Shown here piece by piece: positions 1 through 8,546 of a DNA stretch of 55,434 bases. Within the stretch, counting starts at the first letter, position 1, and each line of letters starts with the position of its first letter. Made by a program: the position numbers and the translations under genes. The notes beneath the pieces were generated by a model. It was not told the DNA's origin. It saw only the letters and a list, made by a program, of their open reading frames with translations, and searched no databases. This DNA is from Chlamydiota bacterium. GTDB taxonomy: Bacteria; Chlamydiota; Chlamydiia; Chlamydiales; SM23-39. The DNA lies in contig DAHXLK010000023.1 in assembly GCA_027366035.1 (NCBI GenBank), positions 1 through 55,434 on the forward strand, written 5' to 3'.

Positions 1-199
1 TATATTGCTCTTCCCAATCGCTAGATTCTAATGTGTTAATGAGATGGACAATTTCATCATAAGATAAGCTATCTAGTTTTTTAGCCGGATTTTCCTCCGG
101 ATTTATTTTTCGTACAGGCATAGGAGGTTGAGGATAGAGGGGTAAAACAGGAACAGAAAACAAAAGGAGGAGATGTATAAAACGGTAAAAATATCTCAA
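1..199 (-). CDS. 5' part of a putative exported hypothetical protein (runs off the window start)
   Basis: Hand translation from TTG at 199: MRYFYRFIHLLLLFSVPVLPLYPQPPMPVRK...DWEEQY, open to position 1, with a signal-peptide-like N-terminus. Confidence 0.55.
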   Translation of the reverse strand, partial: MRYFYRFIHLLLLFSVPVLPLYPQPPMPVRKINPEENPAKKLDSLSYDEIVHLINTLESSDWEEQY

Positions 200-282
200 C
201 AAAAAGGACCTTATAATGGTTGTCTTTTATTGAGCTAGGGATGGTATGAAAAAAGAGTTTTCAAAACAAGGAAAGTGAAAAA

Positions 283-308
283 TATAACACCAAAGTTATA
301 ATGTCACC
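283..308 (+). repeat. Orphan IS-end-like motif TATAACACCAAAGTTATAATGTCACC (related copy at 28220)
   Basis: Matches TGTAACACCAAAGTTGTAATGTCACC at 28220-28245 at 24/26 positions. Confidence 0.65.
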
Positions 309-312
309 CTAA

Positions 313-686
313 GAGCTATTCTCTGAATTAAGCCATCTGACTGATCCTCTTACATATCAATCGAATCATCGCCAGATACATCATCGATAAACTTGTCAAC
401 GTCACCGGTTCATAGTTCTTGCTCAAACGCCTAAATTTGCCGAACCGGGCGAAAGTTCTCTCTACTATCCACCTCTTTGCTTCGACAACAAAACCCTTGG
501 TTTCTCGTCGTTTTACAGCCTCTACTTCTACCCCATATCTCTTTGCCCTGACCTGCATACCCTCTCTACAGTGACCTTGCCCCATATCTTTGTCGGATAA
601 ATCATTTGGATAAGCTAATCGATTCATAGTTTCTCCTGTTGTGAGGACAGAAACTATATACTAAAATTTAATTCAGAGAAGGTCTC
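313..686 (-). mobile_element. Internally deleted IS5-family (IS1031-like) element, 374 bp
   Basis: Terminal IRs GAGCTATTCTCTGAATTA (313-330) and TAATTCAGAGAAGGTCTC (669-686), 15/18 match; TAA/TGA flanks; contains a transposase remnant. Confidence 0.8.
328..627 (-). pseudogene. IS5-family transposase remnant (N-terminus joined to C-terminus)
   Basis: N-terminal YPNDLSDKD motif lies close to the C-terminal RWIVERTFA..RRLSKNYE motif; 99 aa, with the catalytic core missing. Confidence 0.8.
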
Positions 687-711
687 TGAGAGACAATCGG
701 CATTGCTGAAA

Positions 712-877
712 GGGACTGTTGAAATCTTTAGCTTTGCCGTTAAAATTTGAGCCTTGCAAAGTCGGTTTGATTTTTTTGAAAGCGACATATCCTGCCAAGG
801 TATAGGAACTTTCAAAAAGATCAAATCCGGGGAAGCAAGGGTAAAATTTTAACCAACCGGGAGATCGAAATAGTCCC
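712..877 (-). mobile_element. ~165-bp palindromic MITE/RPE-like element, copy 1 (full length)
   Basis: Ends GGGACTGTTGAAATCT...AGATCGAAATAGTCCC; internal sequence shared with 8 other copies. Confidence 0.9.
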
Positions 878-903
878 TTTATGCGAGTGGTCTCATCTTT
901 TTT

Positions 904-1269
904 TCATAGTTGATTTTTCAATTCATGAGATGGAGTTTCTTTGGCGAGCAATAAAAAAAGGAAAATCATAAGAAAACCAATCAAACTAAGACTAGGAATA
1001 ATCGGCCTATAGGAACATAGGATCCCATTACAACTGCCAAAAAAAATTTGATAAATAGCAATCCCTCCGCCAAAAAGAGGTAAAAAAAGAAAATAAGGTA
1101 TTAGCCATCTCTGATAAAAAGAAAAGGCAAGAAAACCCACAAGGGTCAAAAAACAAATCCTTTGATAAAGACATAAGTTACAAGCCTCCCAATGCATTAC
1201 TAGGGTAAAAAAGAAGCTAAAAAATGCCCCCGTACTAGCTATCAATAATGCCAATCCAAGATACTTCAT
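904..1269 (-). CDS. dsbB: DsbB-family disulfide bond formation membrane protein
   Basis: WEACNLCLYQR (CxxC-x-YQR) motif, four hydrophobic segments and a second Cys pair; ATG at 1269 chosen. Confidence 0.75.
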   Translation of the reverse strand: MKYLGLALLIASTGAFFSFFFTLVMHWEACNLCLYQRICFLTLVGFLAFSFYQRWLIPYFLFLPLFGGGIAIYQIFFGSCNGILCSYRPIIPSLSLIGFLMIFLFLLLAKETPSHELKNQL

Positions 1270-2499
1270 TTGACTTTTCAATTTCTTAGAGATATCATAG
1301 AGAAAAAACTAAAAACCTTGCAACCTAAGACTTATACTAAAGAAAAACATGGCATCCAACTAGATGCCATCGATAATCATGCTTTCTATGTCATACAAAA
1401 ACTGCGGCAGGCCGGTTATGAAGCCTATCTAGTCGGCGGCAGCATCCGTGATTTGCTCTTGCAAACTACACCGAAAGACTTCGATATCTCTACCTCGGCA
1501 AAGCCCGAAGAGATCAAAAAGTTATTTCGAGGATGTATCCTTATCGGCAAACGGTTTCGATTAGCCCACATCCGCTTTGGGAAAAAAGTGATCGAAGTCT
1601 CCACCTTCCGCTCCGGAGATATCGAAAACTCTACCTTCATCGTACGAGATAATGACTGGGGGTCGGCAGAAGAAGATGTCCTTCGAAGAGATTTTACCAT
1701 CAACGGCCTCTTCTACGATCCGCAGAAAGAATTGCTACTCGATTATGTCGGCGGCTACCTCGATAGCCAAAAAAGGATACTAAGGACGATAGGAAACCCG
1801 GAAATTAGGTTCAGGCAAGACCCTGTCAGAATGATCCGCCTCATCAAATTCCGTGCCCGTTTTGCCCTGAACATCGACCCGGCTGCTGAAGAGGCTCTCC
1901 ATAAATGTAAAGAAGATATCATCAAAAGCTCCCAAGCAAGGATATTAGAAGAGCTCCTCCGGATGTTAGAATCGGGTTCTTCAGAGCCCTTCTTCCGCTA
2001 CCTTAGCGACTACGGCCTTTTGTACCTTTTGATGCCATCTTTAGCCAGGTACCTTACCGATAAACCTGAAGAGACCTTCTCCCTCCTTAAACAGGTGGAT
2101 AAAAATCCTAAAGGGATCCAGCGGCCTATTTTGATGTCGTGTCTTGTCTTTCCCCTTTTTTCTGAAAGGCTCCATGCCCAATCCCAAAAAGAAAAAAATA
2201 TACACCTCGGAATCATCACTGAAGAAGCTAACCACTCTATCGACGCCATCTTCCGCCCTTTTTTTTCCATTCCTAGAAAGATGAAAGGTATTATGGCCTC
2301 CCTCTTAGCTTCCCAATTTCGCTTTACCCCCCTTTCTGATAAGTTCAAAAAACGCCTCCGGATCCCTCGCGATCCCTCTTTTCCGCTATCTTTAGAATTC
2401 TTTAAACTACGAGCAGAAATCTCCTCCCATCTTTTCGAAACCTATCACCTCTGGCATGAAACGCATAAAAAAAGCCCTCATCACCATAGAAGGAGATAA
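1270..2499 (+). CDS. pcnB: Poly(A) polymerase PcnB
   Basis: LVGGSIRDLLL, KDFDIST, LIGKRFRLAHIRF (PAP signature), RRDFTINGL and DPVRMIR motifs; start is uncertain. Confidence 0.92.
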   Translation: MTFQFLRDIIEKKLKTLQPKTYTKEKHGIQLDAIDNHAFYVIQKLRQAGYEAYLVGGSIRDLLLQTTPKDFDISTSAKPEEIKKLFRGCILIGKRFRLAHIRFGKKVIEVSTFRSGDIENSTFIVRDNDWGSAEEDVLRRDFTINGLFYDPQKELLLDYVGGYLDSQKRILRTIGNPEIRFRQDPVRMIRLIKFRARFALNIDPAAEEALHKCKEDIIKSSQARILEELLRMLESGSSEPFFRYLSDYGLLYLLMPSLARYLTDKPEETFSLLKQVDKNPKGIQRPILMSCLVFPLFSERLHAQSQKEKNIHLGIITEEANHSIDAIFRPFFSIPRKMKGIMASLLASQFRFTPLSDKFKKRLRIPRDPSFPLSLEFFKLRAEISSHLFETYHLWHETHKKSPHHHRRR

Positions 2500-2504
2500 A
2501 AAAA

Positions 2505-3242
2505 GTGCTGTCAAAAAATATGCAGTTTATAGGGCCCTCCTTTAAAAAAGGGCCCTACCCTGCCCTCTTCTACTTTGCTTTATCTAAAGAAGAGACTCTG
2601 CATCAAGATCCCTATAACCAGTTAGTTCAGTTCTTGGCAGATAGTCCCATCCGTATCTTCTCCTTCACCCTCCCCTTCCACGAAAAACCGTTCGATAAAA
2701 ATACTGCGATGAAAAAATGGGCTGAAGAAATGGAAAAAGGACACGATTTCTTTCGCCCTTTTTTAGATCAAGTAAAAGATGCGATAAAGTCTCTTATACA
2801 AAATAACCTCACCTATGAAGATACCATCGCGGTAGCGGGGCTGTCTCGAGGGGGGATGGTCGCCTCCCACGTTGCGGCTGAAAACCCCGATATCCGCTAC
2901 ATTCTCGAGTTTGCCCCCGTCACCAACCTCTCTTTTATGAAAAACTTTCACCATATTTCCGATCATCCTCTCGTGAAAAAATATTCGGTCTACTCCCTAG
3001 TACCTCTACTTTGTGATAGACATATTCGCATCTATATCGGCAACTACGACAAGACGGTTGGGACGAAAAATAGCTTTTTATTTTTAGAACAACTAAGCCA
3101 GACAGCCTTGGCACAAAGGATCAAACCACCCAAGATAGAGATGGTCATTTCTCCCGCCATCGGCTATCAAGGACATGGAACTTCTCCTGAAACTTTTAAA
3201 GCAGGTGCCGATTGGATCTTAAAAAAACTCACCTCTTTATAA
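2505..3242 (+). CDS. Alpha/beta hydrolase (esterase-like)
   Basis: GLSRGG nucleophile elbow, D in YDKTVG, and H in QGHGT. Confidence 0.75.
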   Translation: MLSKNMQFIGPSFKKGPYPALFYFALSKEETLHQDPYNQLVQFLADSPIRIFSFTLPFHEKPFDKNTAMKKWAEEMEKGHDFFRPFLDQVKDAIKSLIQNNLTYEDTIAVAGLSRGGMVASHVAAENPDIRYILEFAPVTNLSFMKNFHHISDHPLVKKYSVYSLVPLLCDRHIRIYIGNYDKTVGTKNSFLFLEQLSQTALAQRIKPPKIEMVISPAIGYQGHGTSPETFKAGADWILKKLTSL

Positions 3243-4339
3243 TCGCTCAAGAGCCCAGCGGCGATCTCCATGGGGCAGAACTCGTCAAAGCCCTAAAAGA
3301 AAAAGCCCCCTCCCTACACGTCACAGCCATCGGCGGCCCTCATATGAGGGAACTCGATGTCGAAATGGTGGGAAAGATGGAAGATTTTATGGTCATGGGA
3401 TTTTGGGACGTCCTTTTAGCGTTGCCTAGACTCATACGCCTCTTTTTCCGGGTAAAAAGAAAGATATTATCTCTAAACCCCCAAGGGGTGATCTGCATTG
3501 ACTACCCCGGTTTCAATCTCCGTTTAGAGAGGTCTCTTCGAAAAAGTGGTTATCCGGGCACTCTCATCCACTATATCTGCCCTACCGTCTGGGCCTGGGG
3601 GAAAAAAAGGATACCGATTTTGGCAAAAAATCTTGACCTCCTTTTGACCCTGTTCCCCTTTGAACCGGCCTCGTTTGCCCATACAACCCTGACGGTAAAA
3701 TATGTAGGCAACCCTCTCCTCTTTCTCATTCAAAATCATGCCTATAAACAAATTTCATTAAAAAAAGACCCTGCCCTGTCCCTTGTCGCCCTGTTTCCCG
3801 GAAGTAGAGATACCGAGATCCTCCGCAACCTTCCTTTGCAGCTGCAAGCGGTAAAAGGACTTCCCGTCCAAATCGCCATCTCTTGCAAAAATTTTGTTCT
3901 AATCAAAAAAATCTTGAAAGAAGAAGGGGTCTCTACAGCTACCCTCATCCACCCACAAGAAAACTATGACCTCATGAAACATACTGATTTTGCGATAGCT
4001 ACTTCCGGAACCATCACCTTAGAGCTGGCTTTGCATCTGGTCCCCACCATCGTCACTTTCGCAATAAAACGATGGGACCAGTTTTTGGCTCAAAAAATAT
4101 TTCGTATCGACCTTCCCCACTACTGCCTCGTCAATATCCTAGCGCAAAAAAGGATTTTTCCCGAACTATTTGGCACGGAGCTTACCCTGCGAAAACTGCA
4201 GAAGACGGCCGCTACATTTTTACAAGAAGAAAAAAGGGATAGCTGCAGAAAAGAGTGTGCTATACTACCCACCTTATTAAAAGGAGATAATCCCCCACAA
4301 AAAGCAGCGGAAGCAATTCTTTGGAAAATGCTGCCATGA
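3212..4339 (+). CDS. lpxB: Lipid-A-disaccharide synthase
   Basis: EPSGDLHGA, IDYPGFNL, CPTVWAW, LFPGSR and ATSGTITLELAL motifs. Confidence 0.95.
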   Translation: MDLKKTHLFIIAQEPSGDLHGAELVKALKEKAPSLHVTAIGGPHMRELDVEMVGKMEDFMVMGFWDVLLALPRLIRLFFRVKRKILSLNPQGVICIDYPGFNLRLERSLRKSGYPGTLIHYICPTVWAWGKKRIPILAKNLDLLLTLFPFEPASFAHTTLTVKYVGNPLLFLIQNHAYKQISLKKDPALSLVALFPGSRDTEILRNLPLQLQAVKGLPVQIAISCKNFVLIKKILKEEGVSTATLIHPQENYDLMKHTDFAIATSGTITLELALHLVPTIVTFAIKRWDQFLAQKIFRIDLPHYCLVNILAQKRIFPELFGTELTLRKLQKTAATFLQEEKRDSCRKECAILPTLLKGDNPPQKAAEAILWKMLP

Positions 4340-4393
4340 CTGTCGAAAAACTACCTTTCTTTTTATGAAAATAGCGCCTATACTCATTTATCC

Positions 4394-4849
4394 ATGGAAA
4401 CGTCATCTAAAATTTTTGTTGATCGACTGCAACAAGGCAAAGTAGAAAAAGTTAAAGAAAATTTTGATCCCGCTATCTTACAAGTCGAAGAAAAAGATCT
4501 ACAATTTCCCGAAAAAGTAGCTGTCTTGGGGGGGGCCTATCTCGCTGAAGACCACCTCATCCTTTGTTTTAAAATATCTACAAGAGCCTTAATGCCCTGT
4601 ACGATCTGTAATGAGAGGATCCTAGTTCCCTTAAAAGTAGAAAAGTTTTATCATACTGTCCCAATAGCTGAACTCTCATCCCCCATCTTCGACTACCTAG
4701 AACCCTTAAGAGAGGCCCTGTTGCTGGAAGTTCCTAAATATGTCGAATGTAATGACGGCAACTGTAGTGAGAGAAAAAATATAGAAAAATATTTAAAAAT
4801 AAGACCCAACCACGAAACCCACTTCCCCTTTTCCGGGTTGGAAAATTAG
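4394..4849 (+). CDS. YceD/DUF177 family protein
   Basis: CTIC motif and LREALLLEVP..C motif; conserved position upstream of rpmF. Confidence 0.8.
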   Translation: METSSKIFVDRLQQGKVEKVKENFDPAILQVEEKDLQFPEKVAVLGGAYLAEDHLILCFKISTRALMPCTICNERILVPLKVEKFYHTVPIAELSSPIFDYLEPLREALLLEVPKYVECNDGNCSERKNIEKYLKIRPNHETHFPFSGLEN

Positions 4850-4861
4850 GAGATTTATTTT

Positions 4862-5026
4862 ATGGCAGTCCCTAGAAACCGTACTTCCAATGCAAGAAAA
4901 AATTCTAGGCGTTCACATATGGCAAAAAAACCCAAAAATTTGTCAGAATGTCCCAATTGTGGCAAAATGAGATTACCCCACAGGATTTGCCCCTTTTGTG
5001 GCCAGTACAAAAATAATAATGCCTAG
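4862..5026 (+). CDS. rpmF: 50S ribosomal protein L32 (54 aa, not in ORF track)
   Basis: MAVPRNRTSNARKNSRRSH...CPNCG..LPHRICPFCGQY; AGGAG RBS upstream. Confidence 0.97.
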   Translation: MAVPRNRTSNARKNSRRSHMAKKPKNLSECPNCGKMRLPHRICPFCGQYKNNNA

Positions 5027-6008
5027 AATCGGTATCGACCTGATGGGAAGCGAAAACGCCCCCCGGCTCCTTTTAGGAGCCGTTTTCGAGCTCATCCTGA
5101 CTTTACACCTACCTAGCGCTCGATTCTTCCTGTTGGGCCCCCCCCCGCTGCAAAAAGAATGCGAAAGCCTCCTCACCCGTTTTTCTAAAGCTAAAGGGCA
5201 GATCTTTTTCCAAGAAGCTGAAGAGGTAATCGAAGCTGACGAAAACCCTTTAACCGCTCTAAGACACAAGAAAAACTCCTCTATGGCTAAAGGGATCTTG
5301 CTTTTAAAAGAAGGCAAGCTAGACGCCTTTGTCTCCGCAGGAAATACCGGAGCCATAATAGCGCTATCTTCTTTACACCTACCGTTGTTATCAGATACCG
5401 TCCGCCCTGCGCTCCTCGCTCTAATGCCGACAAAAAAGCAACCTTTAGCCGTCCTCGATATTGGAGCTAATACCCAATATACCGCTGACCATTTGGTACA
5501 ATTTGCAAAAATGGGTGCTGCCTATCAGATGTCTCGAGGGATCAAAGACCCCAAGATTGGCCTTTTGAATATTGGCCATGAAGCTCTCAAAGGGACCTCG
5601 GAGGTCCGATGCGCCTATCAAAAACTGCAATCCTTCCCCAATTTTCGAGGAAATATCGAGGCAAAAGAGGTCTTTCAAGGAGAGGTCGATGTCCTTATTA
5701 CCGACGGCTTTACCGGAAATGTCTTTTTAAAAACAGCCGAAGGGATCGCCAACTTAATACTCGATCGACTGAAGGAAAATATTTCGGAGCAAGAATTTTC
5801 CATTTTAGAACCCTATCTTAACGATCTGCAAAAACACCTGCACTATGCCGAATACCCCGGAGCCCTCTTAGCCGGATTACAAGGGATTGTTATCAAATGC
5901 CACGGCTACTCGAGCCCCAAAGCGATCATGAACGGGATCCGAGGGGCCCTGGAATTAGTAGAGCAAAAGTTTCTAGAGAAATATCTGAAAATTTTTGGTA
6001 GAATATAA
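5019..6008 (+). CDS. plsX: Phosphate acyltransferase PlsX
   Basis: RIGIDLMGSE, VSAGNTGA, RPAL, DGFTGNVFLK and IKCHG motifs; ATG at 5019 overlaps the rpmF end. Confidence 0.96.
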   Translation: MPRIGIDLMGSENAPRLLLGAVFELILTLHLPSARFFLLGPPPLQKECESLLTRFSKAKGQIFFQEAEEVIEADENPLTALRHKKNSSMAKGILLLKEGKLDAFVSAGNTGAIIALSSLHLPLLSDTVRPALLALMPTKKQPLAVLDIGANTQYTADHLVQFAKMGAAYQMSRGIKDPKIGLLNIGHEALKGTSEVRCAYQKLQSFPNFRGNIEAKEVFQGEVDVLITDGFTGNVFLKTAEGIANLILDRLKENISEQEFSILEPYLNDLQKHLHYAEYPGALLAGLQGIVIKCHGYSSPKAIMNGIRGALELVEQKFLEKYLKIFGRI

Positions 6009-6010
6009 AC

Positions 6011-7549
6011 ATGCAAGAAATCCTTATAAATATTGAATCGAAAGAAACTAGATATGCCTTCTTAAAACATGGAAAGCTCCATGACCTCATCTTAGAAAGG
6101 AAAAAATCTCGGCAAATCACCGGCAATATCTATCGGGGTAAGGTAATCAATATCCTCCACAATATCCAATCTGCCTTTATCGATATTAACGAAGAGGAAA
6201 ATGGGTTTATCCATATCTCCGATATCTTGGAAAACACCAAGAAATTTGAAGAGATGTTTGAGATGGACTTCGACCTCGATTACGACATCTCCAAAGTCGA
6301 TGAAAAGAAAAAAAGTGCGAAAGATATCTCTCAGCTCCTCAAGATAGACCAGCCCGTCCTCGTACAAGTAGTCAAGGAGCCCATCGGAACCAAAGGGGCA
6401 AGACTCACCTCTAATATCTCCATTGCCGGAAGATACCTCGTCTTACTCCCCAATAACCCCCGCCGAGGCGTCTCTAGAAAAATCGAAAACAAGGGAGATA
6501 GAGAGAGGTTAAAAAAATTAATCCGCTCTTTTGAAATGCCGCAAGATATAGGACTCATCTGTAGAACGGCAAGCAGCAACGCCACCACCGAAATGCTCAT
6601 TGAAGAGGCAACCGATCTCCTTAGGTCCTGGGAAACTACCATAGATAATTTCCATAAATCGACCGGCCCTACCTGCCTCTTTGAGGAATCGGACCTCATC
6701 AAACGGGCCCTCGTTTATGCCGTCGATAAAAAAGTGGACCGCCTCTTAGTCGATGATTACTCCACCTTTCAAAGATGTAAAAGGCTTTATCACAAATACA
6801 TGGAAGAACATCCTCTCAAGATCGAATTTTACCGCGATAAGGTGCCGATGTTTCAAAGGTTCCATGTTGAAAGAGAGATCGATAAAGCTTTAAAGCGAAA
6901 AATCTGGCTCTCTTGTGGCGGCTATCTTTTTTTTGAAAAGACAGAAGCGATGTATACCGTCGATGTCAATTCGGGGAGGAGCTCTAGCCTTACTACTACA
7001 AATGTGGAAGAGAGTTTAGTCAGGATTAACTTAGAGGCGGCGGAAGAGATAGCGAGGCAGCTTCGTATTCGAAATATTGGTGGACTTATCATTTGCGATT
7101 TCATTGACATGCAGATAAGGAAAAATCAACGGAGGGTATTAGAAAAGCTAAGAGAGTGTATGAAGGAAGACTCTGCAAGATGCACCATCTTAGGGATGAG
7201 TGAATTTGGCCTTGTTGAAATGACCCGGCAGAGGAATCGAGAGTCGTTATTACAAACATTATTTACTTTTTGTCCTTATTGCCAAGGGAGCGGCCATGTG
7301 AAAAATCACGAGAGCGTATCGGTAGAAATTGAACGAATGCTCAAAAAACTCATCTATTCAGAGAAAGAACTTTCGTTAAAACTAGCGATCCATCCGGAGC
7401 TAGATAAATTTTTGGAACTCTCCGATAAACAATTTTTCCTGAAACTATCTCGGTTGAGCGGCGCCCATTTGGAATTTGTCATCGATGATTCGCTTCACTT
7501 GAATCAATTTGAATTTTTCTCTTTATCCAGCCATGAACGAATCGACTGA
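6011..7549 (+). CDS. rne: Ribonuclease E/G family
   Basis: GNIYRGKV S1 domain, KEPIGTKGARLT, DVNSG, GGLIICDFIDM and CPYCQG motifs. Confidence 0.93.
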   Translation: MQEILINIESKETRYAFLKHGKLHDLILERKKSRQITGNIYRGKVINILHNIQSAFIDINEEENGFIHISDILENTKKFEEMFEMDFDLDYDISKVDEKKKSAKDISQLLKIDQPVLVQVVKEPIGTKGARLTSNISIAGRYLVLLPNNPRRGVSRKIENKGDRERLKKLIRSFEMPQDIGLICRTASSNATTEMLIEEATDLLRSWETTIDNFHKSTGPTCLFEESDLIKRALVYAVDKKVDRLLVDDYSTFQRCKRLYHKYMEEHPLKIEFYRDKVPMFQRFHVEREIDKALKRKIWLSCGGYLFFEKTEAMYTVDVNSGRSSSLTTTNVEESLVRINLEAAEEIARQLRIRNIGGLIICDFIDMQIRKNQRRVLEKLRECMKEDSARCTILGMSEFGLVEMTRQRNRESLLQTLFTFCPYCQGSGHVKNHESVSVEIERMLKKLIYSEKELSLKLAIHPELDKFLELSDKQFFLKLSRLSGAHLEFVIDDSLHLNQFEFFSLSSHERID

Positions 7550-8546
7550 AGAGAAGGTGTTTTTAGCCGAATGCCAAAAAATCTATTTAGAAAAAAAACT
7601 TCCTAAAAAAACCTACCAGATATTTTTAGGTTTATTTAACCAGTACAAAAAGGCTGCGCATGGCATTGACATACAAGAGATTACCGCTATCTTCCAGACC
7701 CTTTTTTCCTTCATTATCCAGCAGACTCAGCATCCTTATCCTTTTCCCCCATATCATGAAAAGATCCAATCCCCTTTTGATTACTACAACTTTGGCCTAA
7801 AATTTTTACAACCTCTCATCGATTTTAAAAACAGTAAAGTTTTAGGGCTGGAAAACGTAAAAGAGATAGTGGAGAAATTGCAAAAAAAAGAAAATGTGAT
7901 CCTCTTTGCCAACCACCAGACAGAAATCGACCCTTTAATTATTGATTTATTACTACAAGACTCTTACCCCGAATTTGGAAAAGATATCATCTTTGTTGCT
8001 GGAGAAAGGGTCACTACAGATCCCGCCGCCGTCCCTTTTAGTTTGGGGAGAAATCTCATCTGTATCTACTCCAAAAAATATATCGACCATCCTGTAGCCT
8101 TAAAAGAAAAAAAGCAGCTTCATAACCAACAAAGTATGAAGAGGATGTCAGAACTTTTAAGTGAAGGGGGAAAAGCGATCTATGTCGCTCCGAGTGGTGG
8201 AAGAGATAGGAAAAATCTTGCGGGAGTTATCGAAATCGACCCTTTTGATCCACAGAGTATCGAAATGTTTTTTCTTATGGCTAAACGGTCGAAAAAAGGG
8301 GCCCATTTTTATCCGTTAGCTTTGGCTACCTATGAGCTCCTCCCCCCTCCTGAAACTATTCAAAAAGAGCTTGAAGAAACTAGACCTGTGAATTTTACCG
8401 CCGTTCATCTGGCCTTTGGAGCAAAAATTTCTATGACCCACTTTCCGGGGTCTGATAGTTTAGATCGTCATCTTTTTCGCAAAAATCGTGCAGAATACAT
8501 CTGGAATCTGGTAAAAGAAGCCTATAACCAATTGATCCTATGTTAA
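7533..8546 (+). CDS. plsB: Glycerol-3-phosphate acyltransferase, soluble plastid/chlamydial type
   Basis: NHQTEID (HxxxxD), PFSLGRNLICIYSKK and APSGGRDR motifs. Confidence 0.88.
   Translation: MNESTEEKVFLAECQKIYLEKKLPKKTYQIFLGLFNQYKKAAHGIDIQEITAIFQTLFSFIIQQTQHPYPFPPYHEKIQSPFDYYNFGLKFLQPLIDFKNSKVLGLENVKEIVEKLQKKENVILFANHQTEIDPLIIDLLLQDSYPEFGKDIIFVAGERVTTDPAAVPFSLGRNLICIYSKKYIDHPVALKEKKQLHNQQSMKRMSELLSEGGKAIYVAPSGGRDRKNLAGVIEIDPFDPQSIEMFFLMAKRSKKGAHFYPLALATYELLPPPETIQKELEETRPVNFTAVHLAFGAKISMTHFPGSDSLDRHLFRKNRAEYIWNLVKEAYNQLILC

Noticed and set aside
7533-8546. Plant-plastid-like GPAT as a novel HGT
   Set aside because: The Chlamydiae-Archaeplastida sharing of this enzyme is already known.
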